Below, piece after piece: positions 18,517 to 31,704 of a stretch of 64,000 bases of DNA. The DNA is from Bdellovibrionales bacterium (GTDB taxonomy: Bacteria > Bdellovibrionota > Bdellovibrionia > Bdellovibrionales > UBA1609): NCBI GenBank assembly GCA_965205945.1, contig CBDBIB010000002.1, forward strand, positions 64,001 to 128,000. Direction: 5' to 3'. The position numbers and the translations under genes are program-made. The notes beneath the pieces were generated by a model. It worked only from the letters and a program-made list of their open reading frames with translations. It made no database searches and was not told the DNA's origin. How positions within the stretch are numbered: the stretch's first letter is position 1; the number at the start of each line of letters is the position of its first letter.

Positions 18517-18882
18517 ATGACTGATTTAAATAAAATTGTGGATGAATTATCAACGCTACCTGTTTTAGAAGTAGCTGAACTAATTAAAATGCTTGAAGAA
18601 AAATGGGGGGTTTCTGCTGCAGCACCTGTTGCTGCTGCTGCTAACCCTGCTGCTGGGGCTGTTGAGGAGAAAACAGAATTTGATGTTATTCTTACAAGTG
18701 TTGGTTCAAGTAAAATTAATGTGATTAAAGAGGTGAGATCACTTACTGGATTAGGTCTTAAAGAAGCAAAAGATTTAGTTGAAGCAGCTCCTAAGGCTGT
18801 AAAGGAAGCGGTTAATAAAGAAGAGTCTGTAAAGATTAAAGAAGCTTTAGAAAAAGCTGGAGCAACTGTAGAAGTTAAATAA
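18517..18882 (+). CDS. rplL: 50S ribosomal protein L7/L12
   Basis: [18 protein letters not shown]. Confidence 0.99.
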   Translation: MTDLNKIVDELSTLPVLEVAELIKMLEEKWGVSAAAPVAAAANPAAGAVEEKTEFDVILTSVGSSKINVIKEVRSLTGLGLKEAKDLVEAAPKAVKEAVNKEESVKIKEALEKAGATVEVK

Positions 18883-18911
18883 TTTCATCACAGTTGATGT
18901 AATTTACTTTA

Positions 18912-18940
18912 AACCAGAGCCGCCCTTTAGAGCTCTGGTT
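18912..18940 (+). terminator. Hairpin/attenuator between rplL and rpoB
   Basis: AACCAGAGC...GCTCTGGTT stem. Confidence 0.55.
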
Positions 18941-19013
18941 GCTTTGGTTTAAAGAGAGCAAGAACTTTTTGTGTTTAATTTAAATCGTAACTTTAAAAAA
19001 ATGGAGATAAAAT

Positions 19014-22000
19014 ATGGCTAAGAATGCAGTCACAGCTTCTAACCTCAGATTAAGAAAGAGTTTCTCTAAAAATAGTGTCGTAATTGACATCCCAAATTTA
19101 ATTTTACTACAAAAGCAATCATACGAAAAATTTCTTCAAAAAGATGCTGATTCTGAAAGAAGAGAGGAGTTTGGTCTTCAGTCTGTATTTCAGTCTGTAT
19201 TTCCAATTTCTGATTTTAATGGAACATCTAATTTAGAGTTTGTTAATTATACCCTTGAACCGCCTAAGTATGATGTTGATGAGTGTAGACAAAGAGGGAT
19301 GACATTTGCCTCCCCACTAAAAGTAACATTACGTTTAATTGTTTTTGAAGTTGATGAAGTTACTGATGCTCGTTCTATTAGGGATGTAAAAGAGCAAGAG
19401 GTATATTTAGGTGAAATTCCGCTTATGACAACAAATGGATCATTTATTATAAATGGAACAGAAAGAGTTGTTGTAAGTCAATTACACCGTTCACCAGGTG
19501 TTTTCTTTGACCATGATGGTGGAAAGGGAAGTACAACAGGAAAATTTTTGTACAATGCACGGGTCATTCCTTATAGAGGGTCTTGGTTAGATTTTGAGTT
19601 TGATCAAAAAGACCTTCTTTATTGTAGAATTGATAGGAGAAGAAAATTTCCTGTAACAATTTTATTAAAAGCTTTAGGCTATAACGATGAAGAATTACTA
19701 CAGTTTTTCTATGATTTAGATAAAGTTATTTTTGAAAATGGAAAATACTTTAGATATATTAGTGTTGAAAAATTATCAGGTCAAAGAGCAATTTCTGATA
19801 TTAAAGATCCAAAAACTAATGAAGTTTTAGTTAAAGCTGGGCGTCGTATTACGCGTGCTTTAGTTAAAAAGATGGAAGCTGTTAATTTGGAAAGAATTGA
19901 AGTTTCTACTGAAGATATGATTGGTAAAACTTTAGCAAGGCCTATTGTTGATCTTACTACAGGTGAGGTTTTGGCTGATACAAATACAGAAACAACAGCT
20001 GATTTATTAGAGTTGGTAAAATCTGTAGGAGTGTCGGAATTTTCGGTAATCTTTTTTGATGGTTTATCAGTAGGTCCTTATCTTAGAAACACTCTTTTAA
20101 TTGATAAGGTTTCGACTAAGGATGAAGCTCTTGTAGAGATTTATAAACGTTTGCGCCCAGGAGAACCTCCGACAATTGAAGCAGCGGCGGCTTTTTTTAA
20201 GCGTTTATTCTTTGACCCAGAAACCTATGATTTAAGTGAGGTGGGTCGCTTAAAAATCAATCATAGATTCGGATTTGATAGTGGTAATAAATCTTTAGAA
20301 CTTCAAACGCTAACTCAAGATGGTATTATGGCTGTTGTTAAGACTTTGATTGATCTTAAAAATGGTCAAGGAAAAGTTGATGATATTGATCATCTTGGTA
20401 ACAGAAGAGTGCGTTCGGTTGGTGAGCTTTTAGAAAATCAATATAGAATCGGTCTTGTTAGAATGGAACGTTCAATTAAAGAAAGAATGAGCCTTCAAGA
20501 TTTAGAGACAATGATGCCACATGATTTAGTTAATGCTAAACCTGTAAATGCAGTTGTTAAAGAATTTTTTGGATCTAGCCAGCTTTCTCAATTTATGGAT
20601 CAAACAAATCCACTTTCTGAAATTACTCATAAAAGAAGACTTTCTGCTCTAGGTCCAGGGGGGTTAACTAGAGACAGGGCTGGTTTTGAAGTTCGTGACG
20701 TACATCCTACGCATTATGGTCGTATTTGTCCCATTGAAACTCCGGAGGGGCCCAATATTGGTCTGATCGCCTCACTTGCTACATATGCAAGGATTAACAA
20801 ACATGGATTTATTGAAACCCCTTATAGAGAGGTTGTGGAAGGTAAGGTATCTTCTGAAATTAAATATTTTTCTGCACTTGATGAATTTGGGAAAACAATT
20901 GCTCAGGTTGATAGGGATGAGAGGAAAACAGATAAGATTATAAAAGATAAAGTTAATGTTAGGCATGATGGAGAATATGAAATTCTTGATAAGAACTGCG
21001 TATCTTTAATGGATGTATCGCCAAGTCAGTTGGTGTCTATTGCTGCATCGTTGATTCCTTTTTTGGAACATGATGATGCAAATAGAGCTTTAATGGGATC
21101 AAACATGCAGCGTCAGGCCGTTCCGTTAATGAGATCTAAAGCTCCACTAGTAGGAACTGGTGTTGAAAGGCTTGTAGCTAAAGACTCTGGAACATCTATT
21201 GTTGCAATGAACGATGGTGTTGTTGAAGAGGTGGATGCATCTAGGATAGTGATAAGAAGGTTTGCAAGAGCTGGAGAACTTGGGGCGAATATTGATATTT
21301 ATAATTTGACAAAATACCAAAGGACCAACCAAAATACTTCGTTTAATCAAAAACCAATCGTTAATCTTGGTGATGTAGTTAAAAAAAATAATGTTGTTGC
21401 AGATGGTCCATCTACTGAGCTTGGTGAATTGGCTTTAGGCCAAAATATTTTAGTCGCATTCACACCTTGGATGGGTTATAATTATGAGGATTCAATTCTT
21501 ATTTCTGAAAGACTCATTAAAGATGATGTGTACACATCAGTTCACATTGAAGAGTTTGAGTGTGTTGCAAGAGATACTAAGCTTGGAAAAGAAGAGATAA
21601 CTAGAGATATTGCAAATGTTGGTGAAGAGGCTTTATCAGAGCTAGATTCTTCAGGTATCATTAGAATTGGTGCCGAAGTAACTCCGGGAGATATTTTAGT
21701 CGGTAAAGTGACTCCTAAGGGGGAGACTCAGCTTTCTCCAGAAGAAAAGCTTTTAAGAGCAATTTTTGGCGAAAAAGCTGGGGATGTTAGAGACAGTTCA
21801 TTAAGAGTACCATCTGGAGTTCAAGGCACTATAATTGATGCTCAAGTTTATTCAAGAGATGCAACTAATCAGAGTGAACGATTGCTATCAATTTTAAATG
21901 ATAAGAAAATCAAGCTTGAAAAAGATCATGGCATTGAACAAAATGTAATTAAAAACGCAGCTTTAGATAAGCTTAAGACTTTGTTAATTGGTAAAAAAAT

Positions 22001-23177
22001 AATTGGTGAACTCTTAAATGAAGATGGATCTAAAGTCTTATTAAATGAGGGTGATATAATTACAGGTGAAGATCTTGAGAGTATTCCATTTGGGCTTTTA
22101 AGCTATTTACCACTTGCTTCTGAAATCGAGCAACAGGTTGTTTATATTGTTGATGGCGCAAGAAATAAGCTTGAGGCCATTAAAATGGTTTTTGAAGACA
22201 AGATTGAAAATCTGTATAAAGGTGATGAGCTTCCTCCAGGCGTTGTAAAGATGGTTAAAGTTTATGTTGCAATTAAACGTAAGCTGCAAGTTGGTGATAA
22301 ATTTGCCGGTCGTCACGGTAATAAAGGGGTTATTTCTAGAGTTATGCCTGTAGAAGATATGCCTTATTTAGAAAACGGAACTCCTGTTGATATGGTTTTA
22401 AATCCACTAGGGGTGCCTTCTCGTATGAACATTGGTCAGATCTTAGAGATTCATTCAGGTATGGCAGCTAGAACACTAGGTGTTCAGATTGGTGATATGC
22501 TTGAAGATTTTAATGCAGATCAAGTAAGGGAAAAACTTAAAATTTCTTACTCAGATGATGTTATTTCAAAAAAGATCAATAGTGCAGATGACAATTCAAT
22601 TAAGAAGATGGCTATTAAAGTTAAAGATGGAATTCATTTAGCAACACCAGTTTTTGATGGTGCTAGAGAGTTTGAAATTAAAGAAATTTTAGCTCGTGCA
22701 GGACTTTCTACAACAGGTCAATCATTATTATTTGATGGAAGAACAGGGGAGGCCTTTGAAAACCCAGTTACTGTTGGAATCATGTATATGCTAAAACTCC
22801 ACCACTTGGTTGAAGAAAAAATTCATGCCAGATCTATCGGTCCATATTCACTAGTATCTCAACAGCCATTAGGTGGTAAGGCGCAATTTGGTGGACAAAG
22901 ACTTGGAGAGATGGAGGTCTGGGCCATTGAAGCATATGGAGCAGCATATTGTTTACAGGAATTCTTAACAGTTAAATCAGACGATGTGGCTGGTAGGACT
23001 AGAATGTATGAGAGTATTGTTAAAGGTGAGTATGTATTAGAGCCAGGTCTTCCTGAGTCTTTTAATGTGCTTCTTAAGGAATTACAGTCTTTAGCGCTAG
23101 ATGTGCAATTAGTAGAATCAAATGTTTTATCTGATGATGAAGTAGATGCTGTTAAACCTCAACTAGAATTACAATAA
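19014..23177 (+). CDS. rpoB: RNA polymerase beta subunit
   Basis: [26 protein letters not shown]. Confidence 0.99.
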   Translation: MAKNAVTASNLRLRKSFSKNSVVIDIPNLILLQKQSYEKFLQKDADSERREEFGLQSVFQSVFPISDFNGTSNLEFVNYTLEPPKYDVDECRQRGMTFASPLKVTLRLIVFEVDEVTDARSIRDVKEQEVYLGEIPLMTTNGSFIINGTERVVVSQLHRSPGVFFDHDGGKGSTTGKFLYNARVIPYRGSWLDFEFDQKDLLYCRIDRRRKFPVTILLKALGYNDEELLQFFYDLDKVIFENGKYFRYISVEKLSGQRAISDIKDPKTNEVLVKAGRRITRALVKKMEAVNLERIEVSTEDMIGKTLARPIVDLTTGEVLADTNTETTADLLELVKSVGVSEFSVIFFDGLSVGPYLRNTLLIDKVSTKDEALVEIYKRLRPGEPPTIEAAAAFFKRLFFDPETYDLSEVGRLKINHRFGFDSGNKSLELQTLTQDGIMAVVKTLIDLKNGQGKVDDIDHLGNRRVRSVGELLENQYRIGLVRMERSIKERMSLQDLETMMPHDLVNAKPVNAVVKEFFGSSQLSQFMDQTNPLSEITHKRRLSALGPGGLTRDRAGFEVRDVHPTHYGRICPIETPEGPNIGLIASLATYARINKHGFIETPYREVVEGKVSSEIKYFSALDEFGKTIAQVDRDERKTDKIIKDKVNVRHDGEYEILDKNCVSLMDVSPSQLVSIAASLIPFLEHDDANRALMGSNMQRQAVPLMRSKAPLVGTGVERLVAKDSGTSIVAMNDGVVEEVDASRIVIRRFARAGELGANIDIYNLTKYQRTNQNTSFNQKPIVNLGDVVKKNNVVADGPSTELGELALGQNILVAFTPWMGYNYEDSILISERLIKDDVYTSVHIEEFECVARDTKLGKEEITRDIANVGEEALSELDSSGIIRIGAEVTPGDILVGKVTPKGETQLSPEEKLLRAIFGEKAGDVRDSSLRVPSGVQGTIIDAQVYSRDATNQSERLLSILNDKKIKLEKDHGIEQNVIKNAALDKLKTLLIGKKIIGELLNEDGSKVLLNEGDIITGEDLESIPFGLLSYLPLASEIEQQVVYIVDGARNKLEAIKMVFEDKIENLYKGDELPPGVVKMVKVYVAIKRKLQVGDKFAGRHGNKGVISRVMPVEDMPYLENGTPVDMVLNPLGVPSRMNIGQILEIHSGMAARTLGVQIGDMLEDFNADQVREKLKISYSDDVISKKINSADDNSIKKMAIKVKDGIHLATPVFDGAREFEIKEILARAGLSTTGQSLLFDGRTGEAFENPVTVGIMYMLKLHHLVEEKIHARSIGPYSLVSQQPLGGKAQFGGQRLGEMEVWAIEAYGAAYCLQEFLTVKSDDVAGRTRMYESIVKGEYVLEPGLPESFNVLLKELQSLALDVQLVESNVLSDDEVDAVKPQLELQ

Positions 23178-23192
23178 GTAAGGAGTTAGAAA

Positions 23193-26100
23193 TTGAAAGA
23201 TTTATTAAACTTTTTTGATAAACCAAAAGATCCATTAGCCTTTGAAGGTGTTAAAATTGGTTTAGCTTCCCCAGAGCTTATTCAAAGCTGGTCGTTTGGT
23301 GAAGTTAAAAAACCTGAGACGATTAATTATAGAACGTTTAAACCTGAAAGAGAGGGTTTGTTCTGTGCTAAGATTTTTGGGCCAATTAAAGATTATGAGT
23401 GTTTATGTGGAAAGTATAAGAGAATGAAATTTCGTGGTGTTGTTTGTGAAAAATGTGGTGTTGAGGTGACTCAATCTAAAGTGCGCCGTGAACGTATGGG
23501 TCATATTGAACTTGCATCTCCAGTTGCTCATATTTGGTTTTTAAGATCACTTCCAAGTAGAATTGGAAACATTCTTAATTTAACATTAAAAGATGTAGAA
23601 AGAGTTCTTTATTGTGAAGCTTATGTGGTTATTGATCCAATGGAGACAACATTAGAAGAGTCTCAAGTTCTTGGGGAAGAAGCTTACCAAGCTGCTTTAG
23701 AGGAGTTTGGCCCCAATTTTCATGCTGATATTGGAGGCAATGCAATTTCAGAGCTTCTTAAAAAAGTTGATGTTGAGTACTTATCTAAAAAACTTAGGAT
23801 GGAGCTTAAAGAAGTTAAATCTGAAGCGGCAACTAAGAAACTAACTAAAAGACTAAAGGTTTTAGAGGCTTTTAAAGGTACAGTAAATAAGCCTGTGTGG
23901 ATGATGCTACAAAATGTTCCGGTAATTCCACCAGACCTAAGACCTTTAGTGCCTTTAGATGGTGGTCGCTTTGCAACTTCTGATTTAAACGATCTTTACA
24001 GACGAGTAATTAATAGAAATAACCGTTTAAAAAGGTTACAAGAGCTAAATGCTCCTGATGTTATTATTAGAAATGAAAAAAGAATGCTACAAGAAGCTGT
24101 GGATGCGCTTCTTGATAATGGAAGGCGAGGCAAAACTTTTACTGGTCCAAATAAAAGGCCTCTTAAATCTTTAAGCGATATGCTTAAAGGCAAACAGGGT
24201 AGATTTAGGCAAAATTTGTTAGGCAAGCGTGTGGATTATTCTGGGCGTTCAGTTATTGTTGTCGGTCCAAATTTAAAGCTCCATCAATGTGGTCTTCCAA
24301 AGAAAATGGCTCTTGAACTATTTAAACCATTTATTTTTGCAAAGCTTGAAGAACGTGGTTTTGCTACTACAATTAAGCAGGCTAAAAAATTAGTTGAAGA
24401 GCAGACTGTAGAAGTTTGGGATATTTTATCTGAAGTGGTTAAAGAACATCCGGTCATGTTAAACAGAGCACCTACTCTTCATAGGCTTGGTGTTCAGGCA
24501 TTTGAGCCTGTTTTACATGAAGGAAAGGCAATTCGTCTACACCCTCTTGTATGTACAGCGTTTAATGCTGATTTTGATGGTGATCAAATGGCTGTACATG
24601 TGCCGTTATCTGTTGAAGCACAGGTTGAAGCACGTGTGCTTATGATGTCAACAAATAATATCTTGTCTCCTGCAAATGGTAGACCAGTAATTAATCCCAC
24701 ACAGGATATTGTTTTAGGTTGTTATTGGATGACAAGAATTAAGCCTGGAGCAAAAGGTACGGGTAAACTTTTTGGAAACGTAAATGAAGTTCTTTATGCT
24801 TATGAAGCAAAGAATGTGGATTTACAAGCAGCTATTAAGGTTAGAGTTCATGGAAAAATTTATGATACATCTGTTGGAAGAGCTATTTTTAGTGATATTC
24901 TTCCTTTAGAGGTTCCTTTTAATGAAATCAATAAACCATTAGATAAGAAAGAGCTTGCTAGTGTGATTGATAAATCATTTAGACTTGCTGGCGGCAAAGC
25001 TACGGCAATTTTAGCAGACAATATTATGGAAAAAGGCTTTACCTATTCAACTAAAGCAGGGATTTCAATTTGCCTTGATGACTTAAAGATTCCTGAGGCA
25101 AAAACTAAAATGATTCAAACTGCTGAAAATGAGGTTTTAGAGATTCAAGGGCAGTACGATGAAGGTTTAATCACTGACGGTGAACGCTATAATAAAGTTG
25201 TAGATATATGGGCTCAAACTGGTGATAAAGTGGCCAAAGAAATGATGAGGCATATTGAAAAAGAAGAGTTTAATGTAAATGGTGAAACTGTTATAGGGGA
25301 TAGTTTTAATTCAATTTTTGTTATGGCAGACTCTGGAGCAAGAGGTTCAGCTGCACAGATTAGACAACTTGCAGGTATGAGGGGTTTGATGGCTAAACCA
25401 TCTGGTGAGATCATTGAAACACCAATTACTGCAAATTTTAGAGAAGGTTTATCAGTGCTTCAATACTTTATTTCTACCCATGGTGCACGAAAGGGACTTG
25501 CCGATACAGCACTTAAGACAGCAAATTCAGGCTATTTAACAAGAAGGCTTGTAGATGTGGCTCAAGATGTGATTGTTACCCAGCAAGATTGTGGAACAAC
25601 TGATGGAATGGCACTTGTGCCGTTAATGGAGGGTGGAGAAATCATTCAACCGTTAAGTGAAAGAGTGCTTGGTCGTACCTGCATGGAAGATGTTAAAGAT
25701 CCATATAGTGAAGAGGTTCTTGTAGAGGCGGGTGAAGAAATCGCTGAAGGTCATATTGAGAAAATAGATAAAGCTGGCGTTATTAAAGTTATGATTAGAT
25801 CAGTATTAACTTGTAAATCTAGACGAGGCGTTTGTGTTAAATGTTACGGTCGTGACTTATCTCGTGGAACAACGGTTAACCTTGGTGAAACTGTTGGTAT
25901 TATAGCAGCACAGTCTATTGGTGAACCGGGGACACAACTTACAATGAGGACATTTCATGTGGGTGGTACAGCAACTAGAGCTGTTGAGCAGTCAGTTCAT
26001 ATTTCTAGAATGGATGCACTGTTTAAATTAGAAGGTGTTTCCACGGTTACTAATAAAGATGGAAAGCTTGTTTCTATGAATAGAAGTGGATATATTTTGC

Positions 26101-27338
26101 TTATTGATCCTGAAGGAAGAGAGAGGGATCGTTATGCAGTTGTTTATGGCTCTACAATTTATTTTAAAGATGGTGATCAGGTTAAAAAAGGTGATACTAT
26201 TTGTGACTGGGACCCTTATGCAAATCCAATTATTGCAGAAGTTTCAGGTAAAATTAATTTCCTTGGAATTGTTGAAGGGCAAACAATGTCAGAGCAAATT
26301 GACCCTGTAACAGGTTTTGCAACTAAAGTGATTACAGATTCAAAAACTGTAGATGACAATAAGCCAACAGTATTTATTTCAGATGTCCAGGGAAATCCAG
26401 TTGAAATTAAAGGAAGGGCTGCACCAGCAAGATATGTCATTCCAATGGGAGCGCAATTGTTGGTCTCAGTTGGAGATGAAGTTTGTGCTGGTGAAATTAT
26501 TGCAAAAATCCATAGAGAAACATCTAAGACAAAAGATATTACGGGGGGTTTGCCAAGAGTTGCTGAGCTTTTTGAGGCAAGAAAACCAAAAGAGGCTGCC
26601 ATTGTAACTGAAATTGATGGTTATGTGACTTTTGGAAAAGATATTAAAACTAAGCAAAGAGTGATTATTACTCCAGAGCTTGGTGAGCCGAGAGAGTATT
26701 TGATTCCAAAAGGAAAGCATTTTGCTGTTCGTGAGGGTGAGTTTGTTCAAGCAGGTGATGCTTTAATGGATGGACTAATTAATCCGCATGATATTTTAGC
26801 TGTTAAAGGTGACCAAGAGCTTGCAGCCTATATGGTGAATGAAGTTCAAGAGGTTTATAGGCTTCAAGGCGTTGGAATTAACGATAAACATATTGAAACT
26901 ATTGTAAGGCAGATGTTAAGAAAAGTTACTGTGACAAGTCCTGGTGATACTATTTTCTTAAATGATATGCAGGTTGAAAAATATAGACTTGAAGAGGAGA
27001 ATGAAAGAGTTCTGGCAGAAGGTTTAGAGCCAGCAAAAGTTCAACCACTTCTTCTTGGTATTACTAAAGTTTCATTAGGAACTGAGAGTTGGATTTCTGC
27101 TGCATCATTTCAAGAGACTACTAAAGTACTTACTGAGGCATCTATTAATGGAAAAGAAGATAAGCTTAAAGGTCTTAAAGAAAATATTATTATGGGTAGA
27201 TTGATTCCTGCAGGAACAGGGGTATCAGCTTATAAAAAATGGAAGCTTAAGGTTGACGAGATTGAGGAGTCCTCAGGAGCTGTCTTACTGGGATTAGGAA
27301 GGGAATTTTCAACTCAGGATGGGATAAATAGAGTTTAG
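23193..27338 (+). CDS. rpoC: RNA polymerase beta' subunit
   Basis: NADFDGDQM catalytic motif, zinc finger. Confidence 0.99.
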   Translation: MKDLLNFFDKPKDPLAFEGVKIGLASPELIQSWSFGEVKKPETINYRTFKPEREGLFCAKIFGPIKDYECLCGKYKRMKFRGVVCEKCGVEVTQSKVRRERMGHIELASPVAHIWFLRSLPSRIGNILNLTLKDVERVLYCEAYVVIDPMETTLEESQVLGEEAYQAALEEFGPNFHADIGGNAISELLKKVDVEYLSKKLRMELKEVKSEAATKKLTKRLKVLEAFKGTVNKPVWMMLQNVPVIPPDLRPLVPLDGGRFATSDLNDLYRRVINRNNRLKRLQELNAPDVIIRNEKRMLQEAVDALLDNGRRGKTFTGPNKRPLKSLSDMLKGKQGRFRQNLLGKRVDYSGRSVIVVGPNLKLHQCGLPKKMALELFKPFIFAKLEERGFATTIKQAKKLVEEQTVEVWDILSEVVKEHPVMLNRAPTLHRLGVQAFEPVLHEGKAIRLHPLVCTAFNADFDGDQMAVHVPLSVEAQVEARVLMMSTNNILSPANGRPVINPTQDIVLGCYWMTRIKPGAKGTGKLFGNVNEVLYAYEAKNVDLQAAIKVRVHGKIYDTSVGRAIFSDILPLEVPFNEINKPLDKKELASVIDKSFRLAGGKATAILADNIMEKGFTYSTKAGISICLDDLKIPEAKTKMIQTAENEVLEIQGQYDEGLITDGERYNKVVDIWAQTGDKVAKEMMRHIEKEEFNVNGETVIGDSFNSIFVMADSGARGSAAQIRQLAGMRGLMAKPSGEIIETPITANFREGLSVLQYFISTHGARKGLADTALKTANSGYLTRRLVDVAQDVIVTQQDCGTTDGMALVPLMEGGEIIQPLSERVLGRTCMEDVKDPYSEEVLVEAGEEIAEGHIEKIDKAGVIKVMIRSVLTCKSRRGVCVKCYGRDLSRGTTVNLGETVGIIAAQSIGEPGTQLTMRTFHVGGTATRAVEQSVHISRMDALFKLEGVSTVTNKDGKLVSMNRSGYILLIDPEGRERDRYAVVYGSTIYFKDGDQVKKGDTICDWDPYANPIIAEVSGKINFLGIVEGQTMSEQIDPVTGFATKVITDSKTVDDNKPTVFISDVQGNPVEIKGRAAPARYVIPMGAQLLVSVGDEVCAGEIIAKIHRETSKTKDITGGLPRVAELFEARKPKEAAIVTEIDGYVTFGKDIKTKQRVIITPELGEPREYLIPKGKHFAVREGEFVQAGDALMDGLINPHDILAVKGDQELAAYMVNEVQEVYRLQGVGINDKHIETIVRQMLRKVTVTSPGDTIFLNDMQVEKYRLEEENERVLAEGLEPAKVQPLLLGITKVSLGTESWISAASFQETTKVLTEASINGKEDKLKGLKENIIMGRLIPAGTGVSAYKKWKLKVDEIEESSGAVLLGLGREFSTQDGINRV

Positions 27339-27392
27339 GAGAATTAGGTGGAGGAGTTACTTAAAAAATAAGTGAAAGCCTGTTAATTAGGC

Positions 27393-27421
27393 TTGACGGC
27401 AAGGTTTTTGAGTCTTATTTT
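27393..27421 (+). promoter_or_regulatory. Putative sigma70 promoter of rpsL
   Basis: TTGACG-N17-TATTTT. Confidence 0.5.
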
Positions 27422-27503
27422 TCCTCCTTTATATGAGTTTAAAATAACTAAATTTTATTTTTTGTTGGGTTTAAAAGTAAGTAAAAATTAGAAAAGGAAA
27501 GCT

Positions 27504-27878
27504 ATGCCAACTATTAATCAGTTGATTAGGAAAGAAAGAACAATTCAAAAGAATAAAACAACTTCTCCTGCATTAGCGTCATGCCCACAAAAAAGAGGCG
27601 TATGTACAAGAGTTTATACAACAACTCCAAAGAAACCAAATTCAGCTTTAAGAAAAGTTGCAAAGGTTAGACTGTCTAATGGGTTTGAAGTGATTTCATA
27701 TATTCCAGGCACTGGTCATAACTTACAAGAACATAGTATTGTTCTTATTCGTGGTGGCCGTGTAAAAGACTTACCGGGTGTGAGGTATCATATTGTAAGA
27801 GGGATTTTAGATACTCAAGGTGTTAAAGATAGAAAAAATAGCCGTTCTAAATATGGAGCTAAAAGGCCAAAAGTCTAA
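27504..27878 (+). CDS. rpsL: 30S ribosomal protein S12
   Basis: [20 protein letters not shown]. Confidence 0.99.
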   Translation: MPTINQLIRKERTIQKNKTTSPALASCPQKRGVCTRVYTTTPKKPNSALRKVAKVRLSNGFEVISYIPGTGHNLQEHSIVLIRGGRVKDLPGVRYHIVRGILDTQGVKDRKNSRSKYGAKRPKV

Positions 27879-27891
27879 GGAGAGGAGTTAA

Positions 27892-28365
27892 ATGTCTCGT
27901 AGAAGAAAAAGTGTAAAAAGAGAGATCCTTCCAGATCCGATTTATAATGATCTTACATTGGCTAAGTTTGTAAATACTCTTATGCTTGATGGGAAAAAAT
28001 CAACTGCGCAAAATATTTTATATAGCGCTTTAGATGAGTTAAAAGATAAAGTTCCTGGTGAGGAACCTTTAGCAGTATTTAAAAAAGCAATTGAAAATAC
28101 AAAGCCTGCTGTTGAAGTTAAATCAAGAAGAGTTGGTGGTGCTACATATCAAGTTCCTGTTGATGTAAGGCCTTTAAGAAGACTTGCTCTTTCTATGAGA
28201 TGGCTTGTTGAGTATTCAAGAAAAAGATCAGAGAAAAACATGGCCAGTAGACTTTCTTCTGAATTTGCAGATGCTTTTAACGGGAGGGGAAATTCTGTTA
28301 AAAAAAGAGAAGATGTTCATAAAACAGCTGAAGCTAATAGAGCATTTTCGCATTTTAGCTGGTAA
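27892..28365 (+). CDS. rpsG: 30S ribosomal protein S7
   Basis: [18 protein letters not shown]. Confidence 0.99.
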   Translation: MSRRRKSVKREILPDPIYNDLTLAKFVNTLMLDGKKSTAQNILYSALDELKDKVPGEEPLAVFKKAIENTKPAVEVKSRRVGGATYQVPVDVRPLRRLALSMRWLVEYSRKRSEKNMASRLSSEFADAFNGRGNSVKKREDVHKTAEANRAFSHFSW

Positions 28366-28400
28366 GCTTAGTTAAGGCTTAAAGTTTTATGGAATTTATA

Positions 28401-28430
28401 AGACACTTCTTTTTAAGAGGTGTTTTTTTT
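28401..28430 (+). terminator. Intrinsic terminator-like hairpin between rpsG and fusA
   Basis: GACACTTCTT/AAGAGGTGTT stem followed by a T run. Confidence 0.65.
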
Positions 28431-28453
28431 ATTAAAAGGTGTAAATAAACATT

Positions 28454-30550
28454 ATGGTATATAAACAGCCTGGAACAATTAAAGATTTAAAACTTACAAG
28501 AAATTTTGGTATTATGGCGCATATTGATGCGGGTAAAACAACTACTACTGAAAGGATTTTGTTTTATACAGGAAAGAGTCATAAAATTGGTGAGGTCCAC
28601 GATGGACAAGCTGTAATGGACTGGATGGAGCAAGAGCAAGAACGTGGGATCACGATTACTTCTGCTGCAATAACAAGTTACTGGAAAAACCACAAGATTA
28701 ATATCATTGATACGCCTGGACATGTGGACTTTACAATTGAAGTAGAGCGATCGCTACGAGTTTTAGATGGGGCTGTGGCTGTATTTGATGGAGTCAATGG
28801 TGTTGAGCCTCAATCGGAAACAGTTTGGCGTCAGGCTGATCGCTATAAGGTTCCAAGAATTGTCTTTATTAATAAAATGGATAGGGTGGGAGCAGATTTT
28901 TATTATTCTATTAAAACTATTAAAAAAAGACTTAGTGGAAACCCCCTTGCATTACAACTTCCCATTGGTGAAGAGGATGGGTTTCAAGGTGTTGTAGATC
29001 TTATTTTAAATAAAGCTTATATTTGGGATGGTGAAGGTTTAGGGGTAGATTTTAAAGTCACAGAGATTCCCGAATATCTAAAAATAAAAGCTAAAGAGTA
29101 TAGGCAAAAGGCTATTGAAACTATATGTGAATTTGATGATGATCTTTTAGATGAATATCTTAAGGGTAAGCAGCCTAGTTTAGAAAAACTAAAGACTGTA
29201 TTAAGACAAGCAGTTTTAGACTTAAAGATTTGTCCAGTTTTTTGTGGATCTGCTTTTAAGAACAAAAGTATTCAGCCTTTACTTGATGCCATTTTAGATT
29301 ATTTACCAAGCCCTTTAGATAGATCTGCAGTAATAGGGAGAGACCCTAAAAGACAGGATAAGGCGATCATTTGTAAAACTGATTTTAAAGAAGCTTTAAG
29401 TGCTTTAGCTTTTAAAATAGCAAGAGATCCTTTTTCTGGAGTTCTTACTTTTATAAGAGTTTATTCAGGAGTAATTAAGACTGGAGAGGCGTTATTAAAC
29501 CCAAGAACTCAAAAAAAAGAGCGTATTAGTAAGATTTTTAAAATGCATTCAAATACTAGAGAGGAAATATCAGAAGTTAAAGCTGGGGACATAGCAGCAC
29601 TTGTAGGGTTAAAAGATACGGGAACTGGGGATACTCTTTGTGCTTCTAAGAGACCGGTTGTCTTAGAAAGAATTAAATTTCCAGATCCTGTGATTTCCGT
29701 AGCTATTGAAGCTAAGTCATCTATGGATCAAAAAAAGTTAGAAGAGGGTTTAGCTGCTTTATTAAGGGAAGATCCTTCTTGTAAGCTTGATATGGATCCT
29801 GACACTGGCCAAACGCTTCTTTCAGGAATGGGGGAGCTTCACTTAGATATCTTAGTAGATAGGCTTTTAAAGGAATATAAGGTGAGCGCAAATATTGGTA
29901 AGCCACAAGTTTTTTATAGAGAGTTTTTAGAAAATAAATCTAAGGGTGAAGCTAGATTTGAAAGAGTAGTTTCTGGCACTACTGAGTGGGCAAAGATATC
30001 TTTAGAAATTGAGCCTCAAAAAAATGGTGAAGCCCATATGTTTATTAATAATTTTAAAACAGATAAAAAGCTAGATTCAATGTTAATTGATGCCATTAGG
30101 GATGGGGCTATGGATGCTGTGGGTATAGGTCCTTTAGCGGGTTATCCAATGATGGGGATTAAAATTATTTTAAAGCACTTAGAATGGGATGTTTTTACTT
30201 CTAGAGGCGTTTGTAAAATTGCAACGTCTCAAGCGCTAAGGCAGTGTTTAAAAGAAGCAAAAGTGAGTGTGTATGAACCAGTTTTTAAAGTAGAGGTTTT
30301 ATCTCCAGGAGAATTTGTAGGTTCTATTGTTGGGGATATTAATGCTCGAAAAGGAAAAGTGTTAAACATGGAGCATAAGGGTGATAAGCAAATAATACAT
30401 GCACAGATTCCATTGGCCTCTTTGTTCGGTTATGCAACTGATATTAGGTCTTTAAGCCAAGGGCGTGCAATGTTTTCTATGGAGTTTTATAATTATGGAA
30501 TGCTTCCTAAAAAATCTCAAAATGAATTTCTATTAAAATTTGGACGGTAA
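28454..30550 (+). CDS. fusA: Elongation factor G, divergent (spdEFG2-like)
   Basis: [26 protein letters not shown] intact; domain IV loops degenerate. Confidence 0.93.
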   Translation: MVYKQPGTIKDLKLTRNFGIMAHIDAGKTTTTERILFYTGKSHKIGEVHDGQAVMDWMEQEQERGITITSAAITSYWKNHKINIIDTPGHVDFTIEVERSLRVLDGAVAVFDGVNGVEPQSETVWRQADRYKVPRIVFINKMDRVGADFYYSIKTIKKRLSGNPLALQLPIGEEDGFQGVVDLILNKAYIWDGEGLGVDFKVTEIPEYLKIKAKEYRQKAIETICEFDDDLLDEYLKGKQPSLEKLKTVLRQAVLDLKICPVFCGSAFKNKSIQPLLDAILDYLPSPLDRSAVIGRDPKRQDKAIICKTDFKEALSALAFKIARDPFSGVLTFIRVYSGVIKTGEALLNPRTQKKERISKIFKMHSNTREEISEVKAGDIAALVGLKDTGTGDTLCASKRPVVLERIKFPDPVISVAIEAKSSMDQKKLEEGLAALLREDPSCKLDMDPDTGQTLLSGMGELHLDILVDRLLKEYKVSANIGKPQVFYREFLENKSKGEARFERVVSGTTEWAKISLEIEPQKNGEAHMFINNFKTDKKLDSMLIDAIRDGAMDAVGIGPLAGYPMMGIKIILKHLEWDVFTSRGVCKIATSQALRQCLKEAKVSVYEPVFKVEVLSPGEFVGSIVGDINARKGKVLNMEHKGDKQIIHAQIPLASLFGYATDIRSLSQGRAMFSMEFYNYGMLPKKSQNEFLLKFGR

Positions 30551-30552
30551 GC

Positions 30553-31704
30553 TTATCTACTTTTTTCAATAAGTTTTAAGCCAATTAGAGTATTTTTTTT
30601 AAATGGAGGCATGACAGGAGCATCGCTTCCAAAGTGATATTCGTATCCATGTGTATCTAGGAAAGTAAAGGGGTAAATTTCATGGGGCATGAGTAAAGCC
30701 TTATTCTTTTCATACCAAATCTTATCTTGAATCCAGTGTGCAGGCTGAAAATGGAAGACACATTTTAAATGGTGCGCACTTAAGATTTTTAAAGCATGTT
30801 TTGTAAAAATAGGAGCATGTTCAAGGTGTAGTGTTGGAATAGAGGTATTGTTTTTACTTAGAACTTGATAAACTTTTAAAACTTCTTGTAATGCTAAGTC
30901 TCCAATGGTGTGAACGGCTAGTGGAACTTTTTGTACACATAAAATAAAAGTCATTTTTTTTAAAAGATCTTTTTTACTCATGCGGGGAGAGGAGCTTTTA
31001 AAAGAGCTAGTGTATGCAGTGTTTGAGTTTAAAGAACCATCATAAAATATTTTTATACCTTTAGCCGAGAGTATTTTAGAGTTTGAAGTTTTAGCTAAAT
31101 CCAACGCATTAAGTGCAGTCTTTATAGTTTGCCCCATGAATTCAGAGAAAAACACCTCGATATTAAGTTTTAAAAGATTCCTAGATTCAAGTTTTTTTAG
31201 GCAGATCCAATGATCGATGTTTCCGGTGAGATGTCTGATTTTTTTAATGCCATTTTCCAAAAAAACATTTTGTGCAAATAATGCTATTTTTTTAAGTTCC
31301 TTTATTGAACGTGAAGGGATAAGTGCGTAGAAAGAATCTCGTTCAGCCTCTGAAAGGATAGATCCTGTTTTTAAAGGAATTGCATTTTTAGAAGAGAATT
31401 TTAAATGATCTAAAAGATTTTTTGAAACAAAAGAGCTGTGACCATCAATATATGAAATACAAAAATATTTATTAGGATACTTTTCACAAAGCTGGTTAAA
31501 TTCTTTAAGAGGAAGTTTATTTGACCATCCAAAACCTCGAATTAAAGTTTGATTTTTTAGATTTTCTGGAAGATTTAGGGTGACAGCATTTTGATCAATA
31601 ACAAAGTCTACAGCAGAAAGGCCTACACCAAAAAAGTGTACGTGGCTATCATAGTTTAGTTTTTTATATAAGCTAGTATTTGACAGGTTCAATTCTAACT
31701 TCAT
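30553..31704 (-). CDS. Amidohydrolase family protein (YtcJ-like, short)
   Basis: DSHVH, KIFYDGSL, HTIGD, LEHA, GSDAP. Confidence 0.85.
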   Translation of the reverse strand: MKLELNLSNTSLYKKLNYDSHVHFFGVGLSAVDFVIDQNAVTLNLPENLKNQTLIRGFGWSNKLPLKEFNQLCEKYPNKYFCISYIDGHSSFVSKNLLDHLKFSSKNAIPLKTGSILSEAERDSFYALIPSRSIKELKKIALFAQNVFLENGIKKIRHLTGNIDHWICLKKLESRNLLKLNIEVFFSEFMGQTIKTALNALDLAKTSNSKILSAKGIKIFYDGSLNSNTAYTSSFKSSSPRMSKKDLLKKMTFILCVQKVPLAVHTIGDLALQEVLKVYQVLSKNNTSIPTLHLEHAPIFTKHALKILSAHHLKCVFHFQPAHWIQDKIWYEKNKALLMPHEIYPFTFLDTHGYEYHFGSDAPVMPPFKKNTLIGLKLIEKSR

